The position numbers were made by a program, and so were the translations under genes. Source: Rebecca billardiae RCC1528 (lineage: Eukaryota > Protista > Haptophyta). From it: a DNA stretch of 64,000 bases. How positions within the stretch are numbered: the stretch's first letter is position 1; each line of letters opens with the position of its first letter. The stretch spans positions 2,170,001 through 2,234,000 of the forward strand of contig OZ251230.1 of assembly GCA_965240325.2 (NCBI GenBank), in the 5' to 3' direction. Shown here one piece after another: positions 12,156 through 23,723 of this stretch. Under the pieces are notes generated by a model. That model searched no databases, had not been told where the DNA came from, and worked only from the letters and a program-made list of their open reading frames with translations.

Positions 12156-13214
12156 TCACTTCTTCTCGCTCGGCGCCGCCCACTGCACGGAGAGGATGAG
12201 GTGGTCGTAGCCGTGGCCGTTGAGCTTGTCGATGGCCGCCTGCCCATCCTCGCGCTGGTAGAAGGTGATGAACGCAAAGCCGCGCGACAGGCCGGTCTCG
12301 CGGTCTTTGGCCAGGTACACGCGCTGCACCGAGCCAAAGCGGCGGAAGAGGTCGCGCAGGTCGGCGTCGCTCACGTCGTCCGAGATGTTGGACACGCGCA
12401 CCGTCGTCGAGTCGTCGCGCTCCTGGAAGTTGGCCCGATCCATCCGCGAGCCATCGGCATTGCGCATGCTCGGCGGCACGTACCGCCCCGAGCCCGCCCC
12501 ACCCGCCGCGAGCGCCTCGAGCGAGGAGCCGGGCTTGCCCCCAGCTGCGCCCGCCACGTTCGCCGCAGAGCCGGAGATGCCCTGCTTCTCGGCCCACTCG
12601 CGCGCCGCGGAGCCGGAGTACGTCGTGCGCGAGCCCTCTGGCTGCGGGTCGAGGCCCGCCAACGGGTCCGCCTGCTCCGTCGGCCGCGCGCTCGGCCGCC
12701 ACGCGACGAACGTGCCCTGCTGCGCGTTCTGGAAGGCCTTGTCCGCCGCCTTGTTCGACTCCTCGAGCTGCTTCGACTTGGGCTTCAGGTCGAGCGTCTG
12801 CTCGGAGATGTCGAAGGATGTTGTGGACTCGCCCGAGAAGGTGAAGCCCGCGCCGTGGTAGCCCGCGGGCTGATCGGCGCACTTGCCAAACTTGGCCCAC
12901 TCCCGCCGCGCGATCACCGCCTTCGGCAGCCGCACCTGCTTCTTCTCGACGCGCACGGTCTGCACACACTTCACCTTGCGGTTGTGGTCGTTGATTTTGA
13001 AGATGGTGACCTGCTTCAGGCCGTCGGCGCCCACCTCCGTCTCGGTGCGCTCGAGTGTCCGCTCGCCCTGGCCCTCCTCGCCCTCCTCGCCCTCCTCGCC
13101 GTCGTTCTCCTCGACGTCGTCTGCCCACTTGGACTTGGGCGCCTCTTCGACAGCGCCAGCAAAGGCCACCTTCGGGCCCGCGTCCCCACCCTCGCCATCG
13201 CGGAATTCAGGCAT
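12156..13214 (-). CDS. EIF3G: Eukaryotic translation initiation factor 3 subunit G
   Basis: KWADD, AVIARREWAKFG, YVPPSMR, C-terminal RRM (RVSNISDD...LAKDRETGLSRGFAFI...LNGHGYDHLILSVQWA). Confidence 0.95.
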   Translation of the reverse strand: MPEFRDGEGGDAGPKVAFAGAVEEAPKSKWADDVEENDGEEGEEGEEGQGERTLERTETEVGADGLKQVTIFKINDHNRKVKCVQTVRVEKKQVRLPKAVIARREWAKFGKCADQPAGYHGAGFTFSGESTTSFDISEQTLDLKPKSKQLEESNKAADKAFQNAQQGTFVAWRPSARPTEQADPLAGLDPQPEGSRTTYSGSAAREWAEKQGISGSAANVAGAAGGKPGSSLEALAAGGAGSGRYVPPSMRNADGSRMDRANFQERDDSTTVRVSNISDDVSDADLRDLFRRFGSVQRVYLAKDRETGLSRGFAFITFYQREDGQAAIDKLNGHGYDHLILSVQWAAPSEKK

Positions 13215-13688
13215 GCTCAGCTGCGCGTTAGCACGCACGAACGCTCAGTCCAGGCGGCAAGGCGTGGACCGAGGACGCTTGTCCACGATGCCCGCCGCGT
13301 ACGTGTCGGTCGATTATTCGTAGTCGCACCCTCGTCAACAAAACAAATGGAATCTAAAATCCCGCGAGCCGGTATTTTCGGATGCTGGCATTTTCTTTTC
13401 CCGGCGCTGCCCACGGACCAGGCCGGTCGGGCTGATCCGGAACACGGTGCGTGAAGCAGCCTGCCAGCTTCCGATGCTGGTAACGCTGCCGCACAGACGA
13501 GATTTCGCGTGGTATACAATGCAGGTTATGAGGCGTCTGACTCCGAACTCAGTCTGGCTTACTTGTTCGGCTCCGGGACTGCAGTCGTCATCGGCATCGG
13601 CTGAGCATGAAGACAGGCAATGCGCCTGCGCGGCCGCGGCGGGCGGCACGGCTCACGCGGGACCCTCACCTGATGCCGGGCGTGGGCC

Positions 13689-15004
13689 TCAGTGCTCACC
13701 GTCGACCGGGATGTTGAGGCTCCTCTCGAGGCGAGTGCGCAGGTGATCCGTGGCGCCGTCGTGCACCGTGCTCAGGTGCGCCTTGAAGTGTCGTGCAACC
13801 AGTTGGCGGCAGTCGAGGATCTGCGCGTCGGCGAGCGCGCGCATGCGGCACGAGCGCTCAGTCAGCGACTCCGCGCGCAGGGCACGCTCCGGGGCGGGGC
13901 AGCGGGGTGGGGTGGGGCGGGGCGGGGCGCGCGCGGCGGCGGGGCGCGCACCTGGTTGGTGATGGCGTGCGGGTCGATGATGTGCTGCTCCTCCTCGCCG
14001 TCCGCGCGCGCCCTGCTCACGAGCTTGACCTCCTTGCCCAGCACGCCGTTCAGGAACTCCTCCGCGGTGCCAAAGCCCTGGTCGCCGCAGAGGAAGCCGG
14101 ACTGCGCGAAGAGGCTCTCGAGCCACAGGTGGTCCGCGGGCAGCTCGTCGCCGTCCGCCTTGCGCGACATGGCGCGGAGCGTCTCCTTGATCGCCACGTG
14201 CAGCGTCAGCTTCTTGAGCAGGTCGAAGGTCGCGCGGCGCGTGGGCGTCGAGTCGCCGAGCGCCGAGCCGTCAAACGCGGGCATCGCGCGCTTGGCGCCC
14301 TCGTCGTCGGGCGAGCCCGAGCGGACGACCTCGTCGTGGTGGCGCCAGAGCTCGATGTCCTCGTGCGCGATCAGGTCGAGGTCGGCCGTCAGCTCCTCCG
14401 CGATCTCGTCGCGCACGCGCAGCAGGGAGGCGCCGATGCGGTCCGGGTAGATGGTGATGTCGTGCGTCGCCTCGCGCTGCTGCTCCATGTACGGGTTGCC
14501 CGGCGAGCCGCGCCACGAGGTCGAGCCCCAGGACGCGCGGACGGAAACGACGACCGGCGGGCTGGCGAGGAGCGTGTCGATGTACTCGGTGGGCTCGGCG
14601 TGCAGCGCGTCGAAGCCGTGGTACCGCTCGATGCCCGCATGCTCGTGGAAGTTGGCGAGGAAGCCCGCCGACGGCCCGTCGCGCAGCTCGTGCAGGTAGT
14701 AGATCTGCGTCTGGACGGCGCGCTGGACGAGGAAGCGGTCGAGGAGCGCGTTGTGCCGCGCGAGCTCCGGCGACGGGGATGCGCACTGCTCGTCTCCGCT
14801 GCTGCTCGGGCCCATGGCCATGCGCACGCGCGCGCCGTTGCGCGCGCGCGCGCGCGTTCGCAAGATGCCCGTGGGGTCGGTGGCGGCGCGCGCGGGCGTG
14901 CGTGCGAGGGGAGTAGGCCGAAGCGTGACGCTGCGCCCGTCGAGCACGCCGACGAGCATCAGCAGGAGCACCGCGCGGTCGAGGAAGCTGGTGAAGGAGC
15001 GCAT
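13689..15004 (-). CDS. Putative plastid-targeted protein with two tandem RbcX-like helical modules; exons 15004-13952, 13820-13689
   Basis: Signal peptide plus Arg/Ala/Thr-rich transit-like region; FLVQRAVQT..L.E..D...FL..F...EYI..L...LLRVRDEIAEEL and LTLHVAIKETL..M...WL......EEFL..V.....ILDCRQLVA; GT-AG intron 13951-13821. Confidence 0.7.
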
Positions 15005-15519
15005 GCCGTTGGGGTTTGCCTTGCCGGTTCAGGTCGGTCCGCTTGCCGGTTGGTGAGCGCTGGCCGCGGCCGCCCGGTAGCGGCGGCGGGTGGCACAACG
15101 GATGTGTCGGGTTTGGTTTCTTTTCGGCAAAGCTCATGAAAGCCGGCGCAAGCGAGCATGGCGGTTCGTGCGCACTGCCTAGGTCCGTGGCCCATGGGGG
15201 TACACCTTGATTGGTCACCACTAACTCGTCTTGCCCACGTGTACACCTCTCAAGGGGTATCCACGAACCGAAAGCGGACTCAAACTTTAAATTGGGTGCC
15301 ATAACGTGCCGAACCTGACCGCGACGATTGGCCGCGCCCGCGATGATATCATCGGCCGGGACCGCTCGAAATGCGCGAAAGGTCACCTTTTACTGGTCTC
15401 TCATCATCAGGACTGCTCCTTGATAACCGCCGCACGCGTGCTGCTTGAGAGCTGCATTCGAGGAGTGTTCTCCGTGGAATCCCGTCGTATTCTTCGAATA
15501 ACCCCGCCTACTGTACACG

Positions 15520-17717
15520 ATGGCGGCCGCCGCCATCACGCTCTCGGACGTCGAGCGTCTCGCACGTGAGCGGGGCGTCATCATGCCCCCCGATGAGCCG
15601 CAGACAATGGACGACGCGTCGGAGGAGCGTTTCAATCTCGTCGTCGCCATCGGCCTCCTCGCCCTGGGCAGCACGTTCGTTGTCTCGCACAGCCTCGAGC
15701 GCATCGGCGTCACGTGGCTGCCCGAGGCAGCGATTGGCATCTTAATGGGTGTGTCGTGCTCGGCGCTGCTCTTCGTGTTCCACAGCGAGCTGATCGACCT
15801 GCTCCAGTTTGACTACGAGTTCTTCATGGTGTGCGCGGCCGGCGCCTCGCGCTGTGCGCACGTGCGCGAGCGATGTGCCCGCTCGCACGGACCGAGCGTG
15901 AGCCGCGCGCGACCCAGCGTCGGCCGCGCGGTGTGCGGTGTGCGGTGGGCCATGGGCCGCGCGCACCGCGCGGTCGGATCTGGCCCACGCTCTCGCACGC
16001 CCACCGCGGCGCGCCGCCCACCCCGGCCCGCGCCGCGCGGCAGATCTGGCTGCTTCCGCCGATCATCCTGGACGCCGGGTACACGATGCAGCGCGGCTAC
16101 TTCTTCGGCCAGTTCGGCGCGATCCTGCAGTTCGCCTTCGTCGGCACGTTCGTCTCAGCGCTGGTCGTGGGCGGCGTCGTCTTCACGGCGGGGCAGCTCG
16201 GCTGGTGCCACGCGCTCGGCGGCCTCGACTCGCTCACCTTCGGCGCGATCATCTCGGCGACCGACCCTGTGACGGTGCTCGCCGTGTTCTCGCGGCTCGG
16301 CGTCGACCAGCACCTCTTCTCCATCGTCTTCGGCGAGAGCGTGATGAACGACGCGGTCGCCATCGTGCTGTGCGAGACGCTGCTCTCGTTCCGCTCGACA
16401 CACTGCACGCCGCGCACGGTGCTCGACGCGTTCGGCGTCTTCGCCGGCATCTTCGCCGGCTCGGTCGCCACGGGCGTCGTGACGGGCGTGCTCTCGGCGC
16501 TCACGTTCAAGGCGCTCGGCCTCGTCGGCGGCGAGCACGTGATCACCGAGACGGTGCTGTGCGCGGTGCTCGCGTGGACCGCGTACTACGTGGCGGAGGC
16601 GCTGGGGATGTCCGGGATCGTGGCGATCCTCTTCTGCGGGATCGTGATGGCGCACTACACCATCGACAACCTGTCCGCTGGCGCGCGCGCGCACACGGCG
16701 CTGCTCTTCAAAAGCCTCGCCACCTTCGCCGAGGCGTTCATCTTCGTCTACCTCGGCTTCGCCGTCTTCGCGTACCCGATCTACCAGCACACCGTGTGGC
16801 GGCTCGTGGGCGTGGCGATCGTGGCGTGCCTGCTCGGCCGCGCGCTCAACATCTTCCCCAACACCTGGCTCATCAACGCCTGCCGCGGCGGCGGCGATGC
16901 GCCCAGGGGCGCAGCCGGCGGCGCGGCGCGCGCAGACGCCGGCCCAATCTCGAGCACGTGCGCCGGCGTCATCTGGTTCTCAGGGCTGCGCGGCGGCGTG
17001 GCCTTTGCGCTCGCCACGTACGCGTACTCGCGGAATGTCTTCCCAGAGCACGGTGCGCGCGCGCGGCGCTGCGCGCCGGTTTGGGCCTGCCGACGCGCGG
17101 TCGGCGGCGGCCCGCTGGCCACCCACACGTGTGGGCTCACGACACGCGCGACACCGCGCGCGACACCGCGGCGCGCGTCAGGCGATGGGCTCGCCATTCT
17201 GCAGGCGACGCTGCTGATCGCCGTGCTGTCCATCTTCGTGCTCGGCGGCTCGGTCGAGTGGCTGGCCGTGCGCCTCGACCTGTTCCACCGCGAGCCCGAG
17301 GCACCGCCCGCCATGGGCGAGGGGGCGAGGGCCAAGCTCTCGCGCCTCGAGGAATTGGACGAGTGCGCGCCCGAGCGCGCGCGCCGCGAGGAGCCCCGTG
17401 CGGCTCGCCGCTGGTCGCGTCCGCCGCGTCCCCAATCACGGCCGATCGCACAGCTGACAGCATGCCGATGCCCGCACCGATCGCGCGCGCGGCGGTGCGC
17501 GCCGTGCGTCCGCAGGCGGTACATCCGACCCCTCCTCACCATCAGCGCCGTGCACGCGCACCACGAGCGCTTCGAGGACAGCGTCTCTGCACTGGCGGCC
17601 GACGACGAGTGTGCGACTGTCACGTCACTGGCAAATGCGCCGACGGGTGGCGCGGGCGACGACGCTGGGCTGCGGAGCCGAGGAGAACGGGACGCGGTGG
17701 TCATTGAACTGACCTAG
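15520..17717 (+). CDS. Na+/H+ exchanger (CPA1, NHE/NHX family); exons 15520-15828, 16044-17052, 17182-17362, 17516-17717
   Basis: LPE, FF..LLPPIILDAGY, ISATDPV, FGESVMNDAVAIVL, SGIVAILFCGI, GRALNI, SGLRGGVAFALA; three GT-AG introns. Confidence 0.95.
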
Positions 17718-18710
17718 CAACGGGACTATTCGCAACGCGTCACTGATTATTCCGCCGGGGACCGCGCGACGCCGACTGGCCGCGGTCGGGACTCCCGTCC
17801 GACTCCGTGCAGACCGTGGGTCATTCCGTGGGCCGACCGGGCGACTCCGAGTCTGTCGGGCAGTAGCTACGACGTATGTACGTACGTTAGATCTGACGAT
17901 CTTAACACAATAATTGACCGGGCGGGCCACAATAATCCGCGGCAGCGAGGTTGGCCATAAGGAGTTCGGCCCGGCCGACCGGCGCACAGTCCGTGTGACC
18001 GGGTGCGGCGGCCGTCCGGCACAGACCTGCTGAGTACGACGATAATAACGATTACGAGTTGTGATTTAATGTATAGTCAGTGCAGTAGTGAATCATGTGT
18101 AGCAGTCATCATCCGCGCCGCCGCCTTACTAGTTATCTGAATATACTCTTGTTAGCTGGCACCGGGCGCTCACTGGACCGCGCTGACTAGGACTGCGGAT
18201 GGCGGCATCGGCTGTATATATACGACTTGATCCGCGGGTGATGATGACTTTCACTTATTATTATTGTCTTATTATTATATTATTATATATAATAATTCGT
18301 CCGGGTATTGAATTATAATAACGTGCGCCGCCTCCGATCTGAGTCATCAATTCAGATTTACTGAAATATCCGGGATGATCCGTAGTAATCATCCGACTAT
18401 ATACCATCGGCGCGGATGACTATTAATATTAACTGCTGCTCATCGTCCAGCTTAGGCCGCCTGCGAGCCCTGCGACGTGAGGACGTCATCTGCCATCTGG
18501 CTCCGTGGCTCCGGACGGTCCGGTCCCGCGCACCGCGGTCGGCCGGCGCGATCGAGTCTGCCACTCCGTCTCTCACTCTCTCTATAGCTCTCTCTGCATA
18601 CACATGACGGGCCCGCAAAGCATGTCGTCACATTCATGCCCATAGGATCATTTGTGTTGACACACTGCCAGGTCGCACGGCGACGTGCGCCTGAGCAGAC
18701 TGAGCAGAGT

Positions 18711-19286
18711 TCACGATCGTAGCCCGAGCAGGAGGCCCGAGCCAAAGCCGGTGGCACCCGGCAAGCCGTGCTCGAGCATGCTGGCGAGTTGCTGATACTG
18801 GGAGTTCATGTCACGCACGGTGAGCGCGCCATCACCATCCTGGTCGAGCTGCCCCTTCCAATCGCGCTCGATCTTGTCCCAGTGCACTGTCACGTAGCCG
18901 TGGTTGGCCATCACCTGCATGGCGACGAAGAGGCAGCCCGTCGTGAAGATGACCGCCTGGGCAGCGCGCTTGATCGCGAAGCCCGCGGCGTAGCCGCAGA
19001 AGCCCGAGATGCCGAACTCAGTCGCGTACTCCACCTTGAATATGTCCATCAGCGCATCTCCCCCCGTGCCAGTGCCAACACCGCTGCCGTTGCACCACGA
19101 CGCAGGCGAGCTGCTGCTCACGCCTGCGAGCCCCGCCGAGCCCAAGCTGATGGCGAGGCCCGTGGCGCGGCGTGGGAGGGTCCACGTGCGCCCAGCCGCA
19201 GGCGGTGCGAAGGCAGCGACACCGAACGACCGCTGCGCCCGGGAGGCACACGCGGAAATGCGCGTGGTGAAGACGCGGGCGAGCAT
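18711..19286 (-). CDS. FUN14/FUNDC-family mitochondrial outer-membrane protein with EF-hand-like loop
   Basis: GFCGYAAGFAIKRAA...G.LF...Q...HGYVTVHWDKI...GFGSGLLLG FUN14 pattern; mitochondrial presequence-like N-terminus; DQDGDGALTVRD loop. Confidence 0.85.
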   Translation of the reverse strand: MLARVFTTRISACASRAQRSFGVAAFAPPAAGRTWTLPRRATGLAISLGSAGLAGVSSSSPASWCNGSGVGTGTGGDALMDIFKVEYATEFGISGFCGYAAGFAIKRAAQAVIFTTGCLFVAMQVMANHGYVTVHWDKIERDWKGQLDQDGDGALTVRDMNSQYQQLASMLEHGLPGATGFGSGLLLGLRS

Positions 19287-19632
19287 CGCGCACGCACGCG
19301 TTGGATCTGGACACGCCCCCGGGCGGTCCTTTTGGCGAAGTCCGGCCGGGGTGGACCGCCGTTCGGCGTCGACAATCACGGGAGCGCTGGCGAGATCGCA
19401 TGCGGCTCCCCATCTTTTACTATCAGATACTCGGGAGCCGCGTGATGATTAGTCGAGTAATAGTCGTACAATAGCATGAGCTGGGTAATCTCCTTATCTA
19501 TGATCTCCATCTGACCATCTCCATTATCGGGCTGACGGAGGCCACCGCTCTCGAGTGAGAGAGTTGTGAGCGCCTTGCCCGCCGCCAACAGCAGCGCGGG
19601 GCAGGCGGGGAAGCGCCCCCGCGAGGGGGTGG

Positions 19633-20314
19633 ATGGGATGCGCCAGCAGCGCGCCGGCGGCGCAGGAGGGCGCGCCGGCGTCGGCGTCGGCGGCGTCCTC
19701 CTCCAAGACGCGCGTCTATCTTGTCTCTGCGGCAGCCCCCGCCGCCGCCGACGACAGCGCGAGCACCCCGGCAGGCCACGGCGTTACGCCGACCGGCTCA
19801 CACGCCGCGATGCCATCGTCCGTGGCAGGCCCGCCCGCGTCGGCGGAGGACGTGGAGCGTAAAGTGCAGCTGATCCGCGACGCGGTCGGCAGCTTACCCG
19901 GCCTCGACATCGGCATGATCAAGGCGTGCTTGCACGAGCAGCACGACGACGTCGAGCGCACAGTGAACGTGCTGCTCGACGGCTCGTACGCGGTGTCGCT
20001 CGCGGCGGTGCCCGCGCTGGGCGACGGGGACGCGAACGGTGGCGGTGGGCTGGGCGCCAGCGGCCGCGGCAAGTGGCGCTTCCGCACGAGCAACCCGGCG
20101 CCGCCGCCGCAGGTGGTGCTCGGCGCGTGGACGACGCACCTGCACATCGAGACGGGCAGGCGCTACTACTTCAACCAGGCGGACCCGAGCTCGGAGAGCG
20201 TGTGGACGCTGCCGGTCGGCGCGGTCGCGGACGTGATCGACGAGGAGGAGATCGTCGAGCTCGCCGAGCACATCGACAGCCTGCGCCGCTCCGCCGGCGA
20301 GAGCGAAGGCGCGC

Positions 20315-20345
<31 letters not shown>

Positions 20346-21558
20346 GGACGGCGCGGACGGCGCGGGCGGCGCGGGCGCGCTCGCGATGCCTCACGCCGTG
20401 CTCACGATCCTGTCCAACCTCGACGACGCGACGGCGGTGCGGCTGGCCATGCACCAGTCGCGGCAGCAGGCGGCGGCGCTCGCGAAGCTGAGCCCGGCGA
20501 CCGACGGCGCGCTCCTCTCGCCAGGCACGCGCGCGGCGCGCGAGCGGCACGCCGCGGAGGCGTCGGGCGACCTGCACTTCCTGCGCCCGTCCGAGCGCTT
20601 CCCGTCGCTCCGGTGGGAGCAGCTGGCGGTGGACGGGCAGCACGCGCCCGCGTTCCGCACGGGCGAGACGCCGGCGGTGGGCTCGGGCGTGGGCGCGTGC
20701 ACCGACGTGTGCGTCGCGCTCGCCGTGCGGCTGCTGCGGCACTACGAGCTGCACGGCCCACGCGCCTTCTCCGAGCTGCTCGGCATCGCGGACGAGCGGA
20801 GGCCGCTGATCTCGCCCGACCGCGCGTCGGCCGGCGGCGGGCGCGGCTTCGGCACGGACGCGCGCGCACTGCAGCCGCTGCGCGAGCTCGTGCACCGCGC
20901 GGTCGGTGTCGGCACTGCGATCTACGACGCGCAGGGCTCGAGCGCGCAGATGCACTACGTCGAGGAGGCGCTCCGCCTCGCCGAGCTGCACGGCGTGGAG
21001 GGCGCGGAGGGCGTGCACAAGGCGCGGCCGGACGTGCTCTTCAACCTGCCCGTCACGTGCGACGACGCGCAGCTGCTCACGCTCGACTCGTTCGCGGACA
21101 CGCTGCGCGCGTCCGCCGCGTCGACGCACAAGGGGCCCGTGTGCGCGCTCGTCGTCGCAGAGCGCACCTCGTGGACGGTGATGCTCCTCATGTACGCCGA
21201 GACGGTGCTGTTCATCGACCCGCACGGCGGCGAGGGGCAGGCGGCGGTCGTGCTGCTGCGCGGCGAGACGCACGAGGTGCTGCGCATGGCCGCCGAGGCG
21301 ATGCAGCTCGTCTCGTCGCGCCCGCTCTACCCGACGTTCGAGTCGCCCACACAGCCGCGCGTGTGGCTCGACCCGCACGCGGGGCAGACGGAGCTGACCA
21401 CGCTCGCGCTGCGCGGACCAGCGGCCGGTGCTGCCGCGCCCGCGAACGGCGCTGCCGCCGCCAACGTGAACGGCAACGCCAGCAGCAGCAGTCGCCATGC
21501 TGCCACCGCCAATGGCATTGGCAGTCACGGCGCGCGTCCGCTCAGCGGCGCCGCCTGA
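19633..21558 (+). CDS. N-acylated CUE + WW + UIM protein with putative viral-tegument-like (VTD) deubiquitinase domain
   Basis: MGCASS; CUE-like LPGLD.GMI..CL.....DVERTVNVLL; WW (W......GRRYYFN......VWTLP); UIM-like DDATAVRLAMHQS; GACT...FIDPH Cys/Asp-Pro-His motif pair. Confidence 0.75.
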
Positions 21559-22017
21559 CGCACTAAGCTCACTCAGGCCGTAAGGAGCGCAGCCTCGAAT
21601 ATATAAAAAAGGGCGGCGGAGAAAAGGCCGACGACGAACGAAAAAAAGAGAGTCCGGTCGCGAGTTCCACTGCCTTCCACAGAGGCACTCTTCCGGTTTC
21701 GTCGCAACAATCGGCCGAGGGCCCAACATTTCCAGGCCAACCCTGGACCGACTGAAGATTTTTCACGCCCGCACGCCCGTTCGCTCTCCTCGACTTCCGC
21801 GGCTGGTCTCGGACCAATCCTGTCGCGCCACACTCTCAAAGCGGCGGCTCGGATTGGCTGAAAGCGCCAGAAGTGCGCAAGCCAGCCTATGAGCGTCGAG
21901 CGAGTGTCGGGCTGGGACAACCGCGGTCTGTGGGACACGTGCAGGACGAAATTCGGAGCCGCAGCCGACGACAGCCGTCCACCCCGCTTCGCAACCTCCG
22001 CACGAAGTCCCGTCGCA

Positions 22018-23013
22018 ATGGTCGAGTCGTCCGTCACCGTCGCCGTGACCGGTGCCGCCGGTCAGATCGCGTACTCGCTGCTCCCGCGCCTGCTCGACGG
22101 GTCCATCTTCGGCAAGCACGTCAGGGTCAACCTCCACCTGCTCGACATTGAGCCCTGCCTCGAGGCGGTCAAGGGCGTCGTGCTCGAGCTCGAGGACCTG
22201 CGCGTGCCGCTGCTCGGCAAGACGCTGGTGAGCTCGAACGCCGAGGAGGCGTTCAAGGACGTCGACGTAGCCGTGCTCCTCGGCGCGTTCCCGCGCAAGG
22301 ACGGCATGGAGCGCAAGGACCTCCTCGCGAAGAACGCGGGCATCTTTGCCGCGCAGGGCAAGGCGCTCGCCAAGGTGGGCAAGCCCGAGTGCAAGATCGT
22401 CGTCGTGGGCAACCCGGCGAACACGAACGCGCGCATCCTGGCGGACGCCGCCGCGCCGACGGTCCCGCGGCACAACATCACCGCGCTCACCCGCCTCGAC
22501 CACAACCGCCTGCACGCGCAGCTCGCGATGCGCGTGGGCGCGTCGGTCGAGGACGTGCGCCAGGCGGTGATCTGGGGCAACCACTCGTCCACGCAGTTCC
22601 CGGACTGGACGCGCGCCACGGTGAAGGGCGTGCCGGTGAGCGAGCTCTTCAAGTCCGAGGAGGACCAGGCCTGGCTGAAGGGCGACCTCATCAGCTGCGT
22701 GCAGAAGCGCGGCGCCGCGATCATCAAGGCGCGCAAGCTCTCGTCGGCCATGTCCGCCGCGCGCGCCATCTACGACCACCTGCACGACCTGTTCAACGGG
22801 CACGACGACTGGGTGTCGATGGCCGTGCCGTCGGATGGGTCGTACGGCGTGCCCAAGGACATCGTCTACTCCTTCCCGTGCAAGTGCACCGGCAATGGCG
22901 ACTACGAGATCGTGCAGGGCCTCGAGATTGACGCGTGGTCGCGCGAGAAGATGGACGTCACCACCGCAGAGCTCGTCAAGGAGTTCGCCGACGCGCAGGC
23001 GGCGACCGCCTGA
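22018..23013 (+). CDS. MDH1: Cytosolic-type NAD malate dehydrogenase
   Basis: VAVTGAAGQIAYSL, GAFPRKDGMERKDLL, VVGNPANTNA, TRLDHNR, IWGNHSSTQFPD, ARKLSSAMSAA. Confidence 0.97.
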   Translation: MVESSVTVAVTGAAGQIAYSLLPRLLDGSIFGKHVRVNLHLLDIEPCLEAVKGVVLELEDLRVPLLGKTLVSSNAEEAFKDVDVAVLLGAFPRKDGMERKDLLAKNAGIFAAQGKALAKVGKPECKIVVVGNPANTNARILADAAAPTVPRHNITALTRLDHNRLHAQLAMRVGASVEDVRQAVIWGNHSSTQFPDWTRATVKGVPVSELFKSEEDQAWLKGDLISCVQKRGAAIIKARKLSSAMSAARAIYDHLHDLFNGHDDWVSMAVPSDGSYGVPKDIVYSFPCKCTGNGDYEIVQGLEIDAWSREKMDVTTAELVKEFADAQAATA

Positions 23014-23723
23014 GGCGCGCGGCGCACCTGCACGACGAGTGGCATCCTGTGTCGGCTGTAGGCGCCTCGTGCTCCATCATGGCCGTGGTGGGACAGTCCG
23101 AGCCTCCGGGCCGGCAGGCGCCCGCCCGGAGCCCGCGGCGCCGGGCCGCCAATGCAGCAAATGAGCGAAGTGTCGGACCGGTGGTCACGTCCGCCGAACA
23201 CCATCATAATCATCTTCCATTAGATAAGAACGGTGGCCCACTGGCACTGGCCACTGGCTGCTGATCGGACCGAGACGGACCGTCGGCGCGGACCGTCACC
23301 GAGTAAGTGCGGGCCCCGGCACTGGCGGCAGTCGCGCGGGGCGGCCCCGTGGCCGTGACGCGCCTGCCGCGGGTCCCGCGGTCAGTGTCACGACAGTACG
23401 AAATACTACTACGTCCGGCTACGGCTGACGGGTGACGCTCATCCACGGGGTCACTGACTAGCAGTTAGTCTAGTAAGTATTCTAGGCCGTACCGTAGCCT
23501 ATTCTGCCAAACGTTGACGGTCATAATAGCCTGCTCCGACCATCTCAGGATGCAACTTGCAAGGGCCCTTGGCCCTTGCGAGCAGGTGACTGCCGTGATT
23601 GTGACATTTGTGTGTGAACCGAATCTGACGATTGATGATACAGTCTTAACTGAAGGCCCTTGTCCTAGCTTGATCTGAATTCTGATCAAGGGTGAAGGGC
23701 CCTTTACTGTACAGACTGTATGA

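Noticed and set aside
21889-22017. N-terminal extension of the MDH ORF as a targeting peptide
   Set aside because: Homology starts at ATG 22018 in good context; the extension lacks signal/transit character
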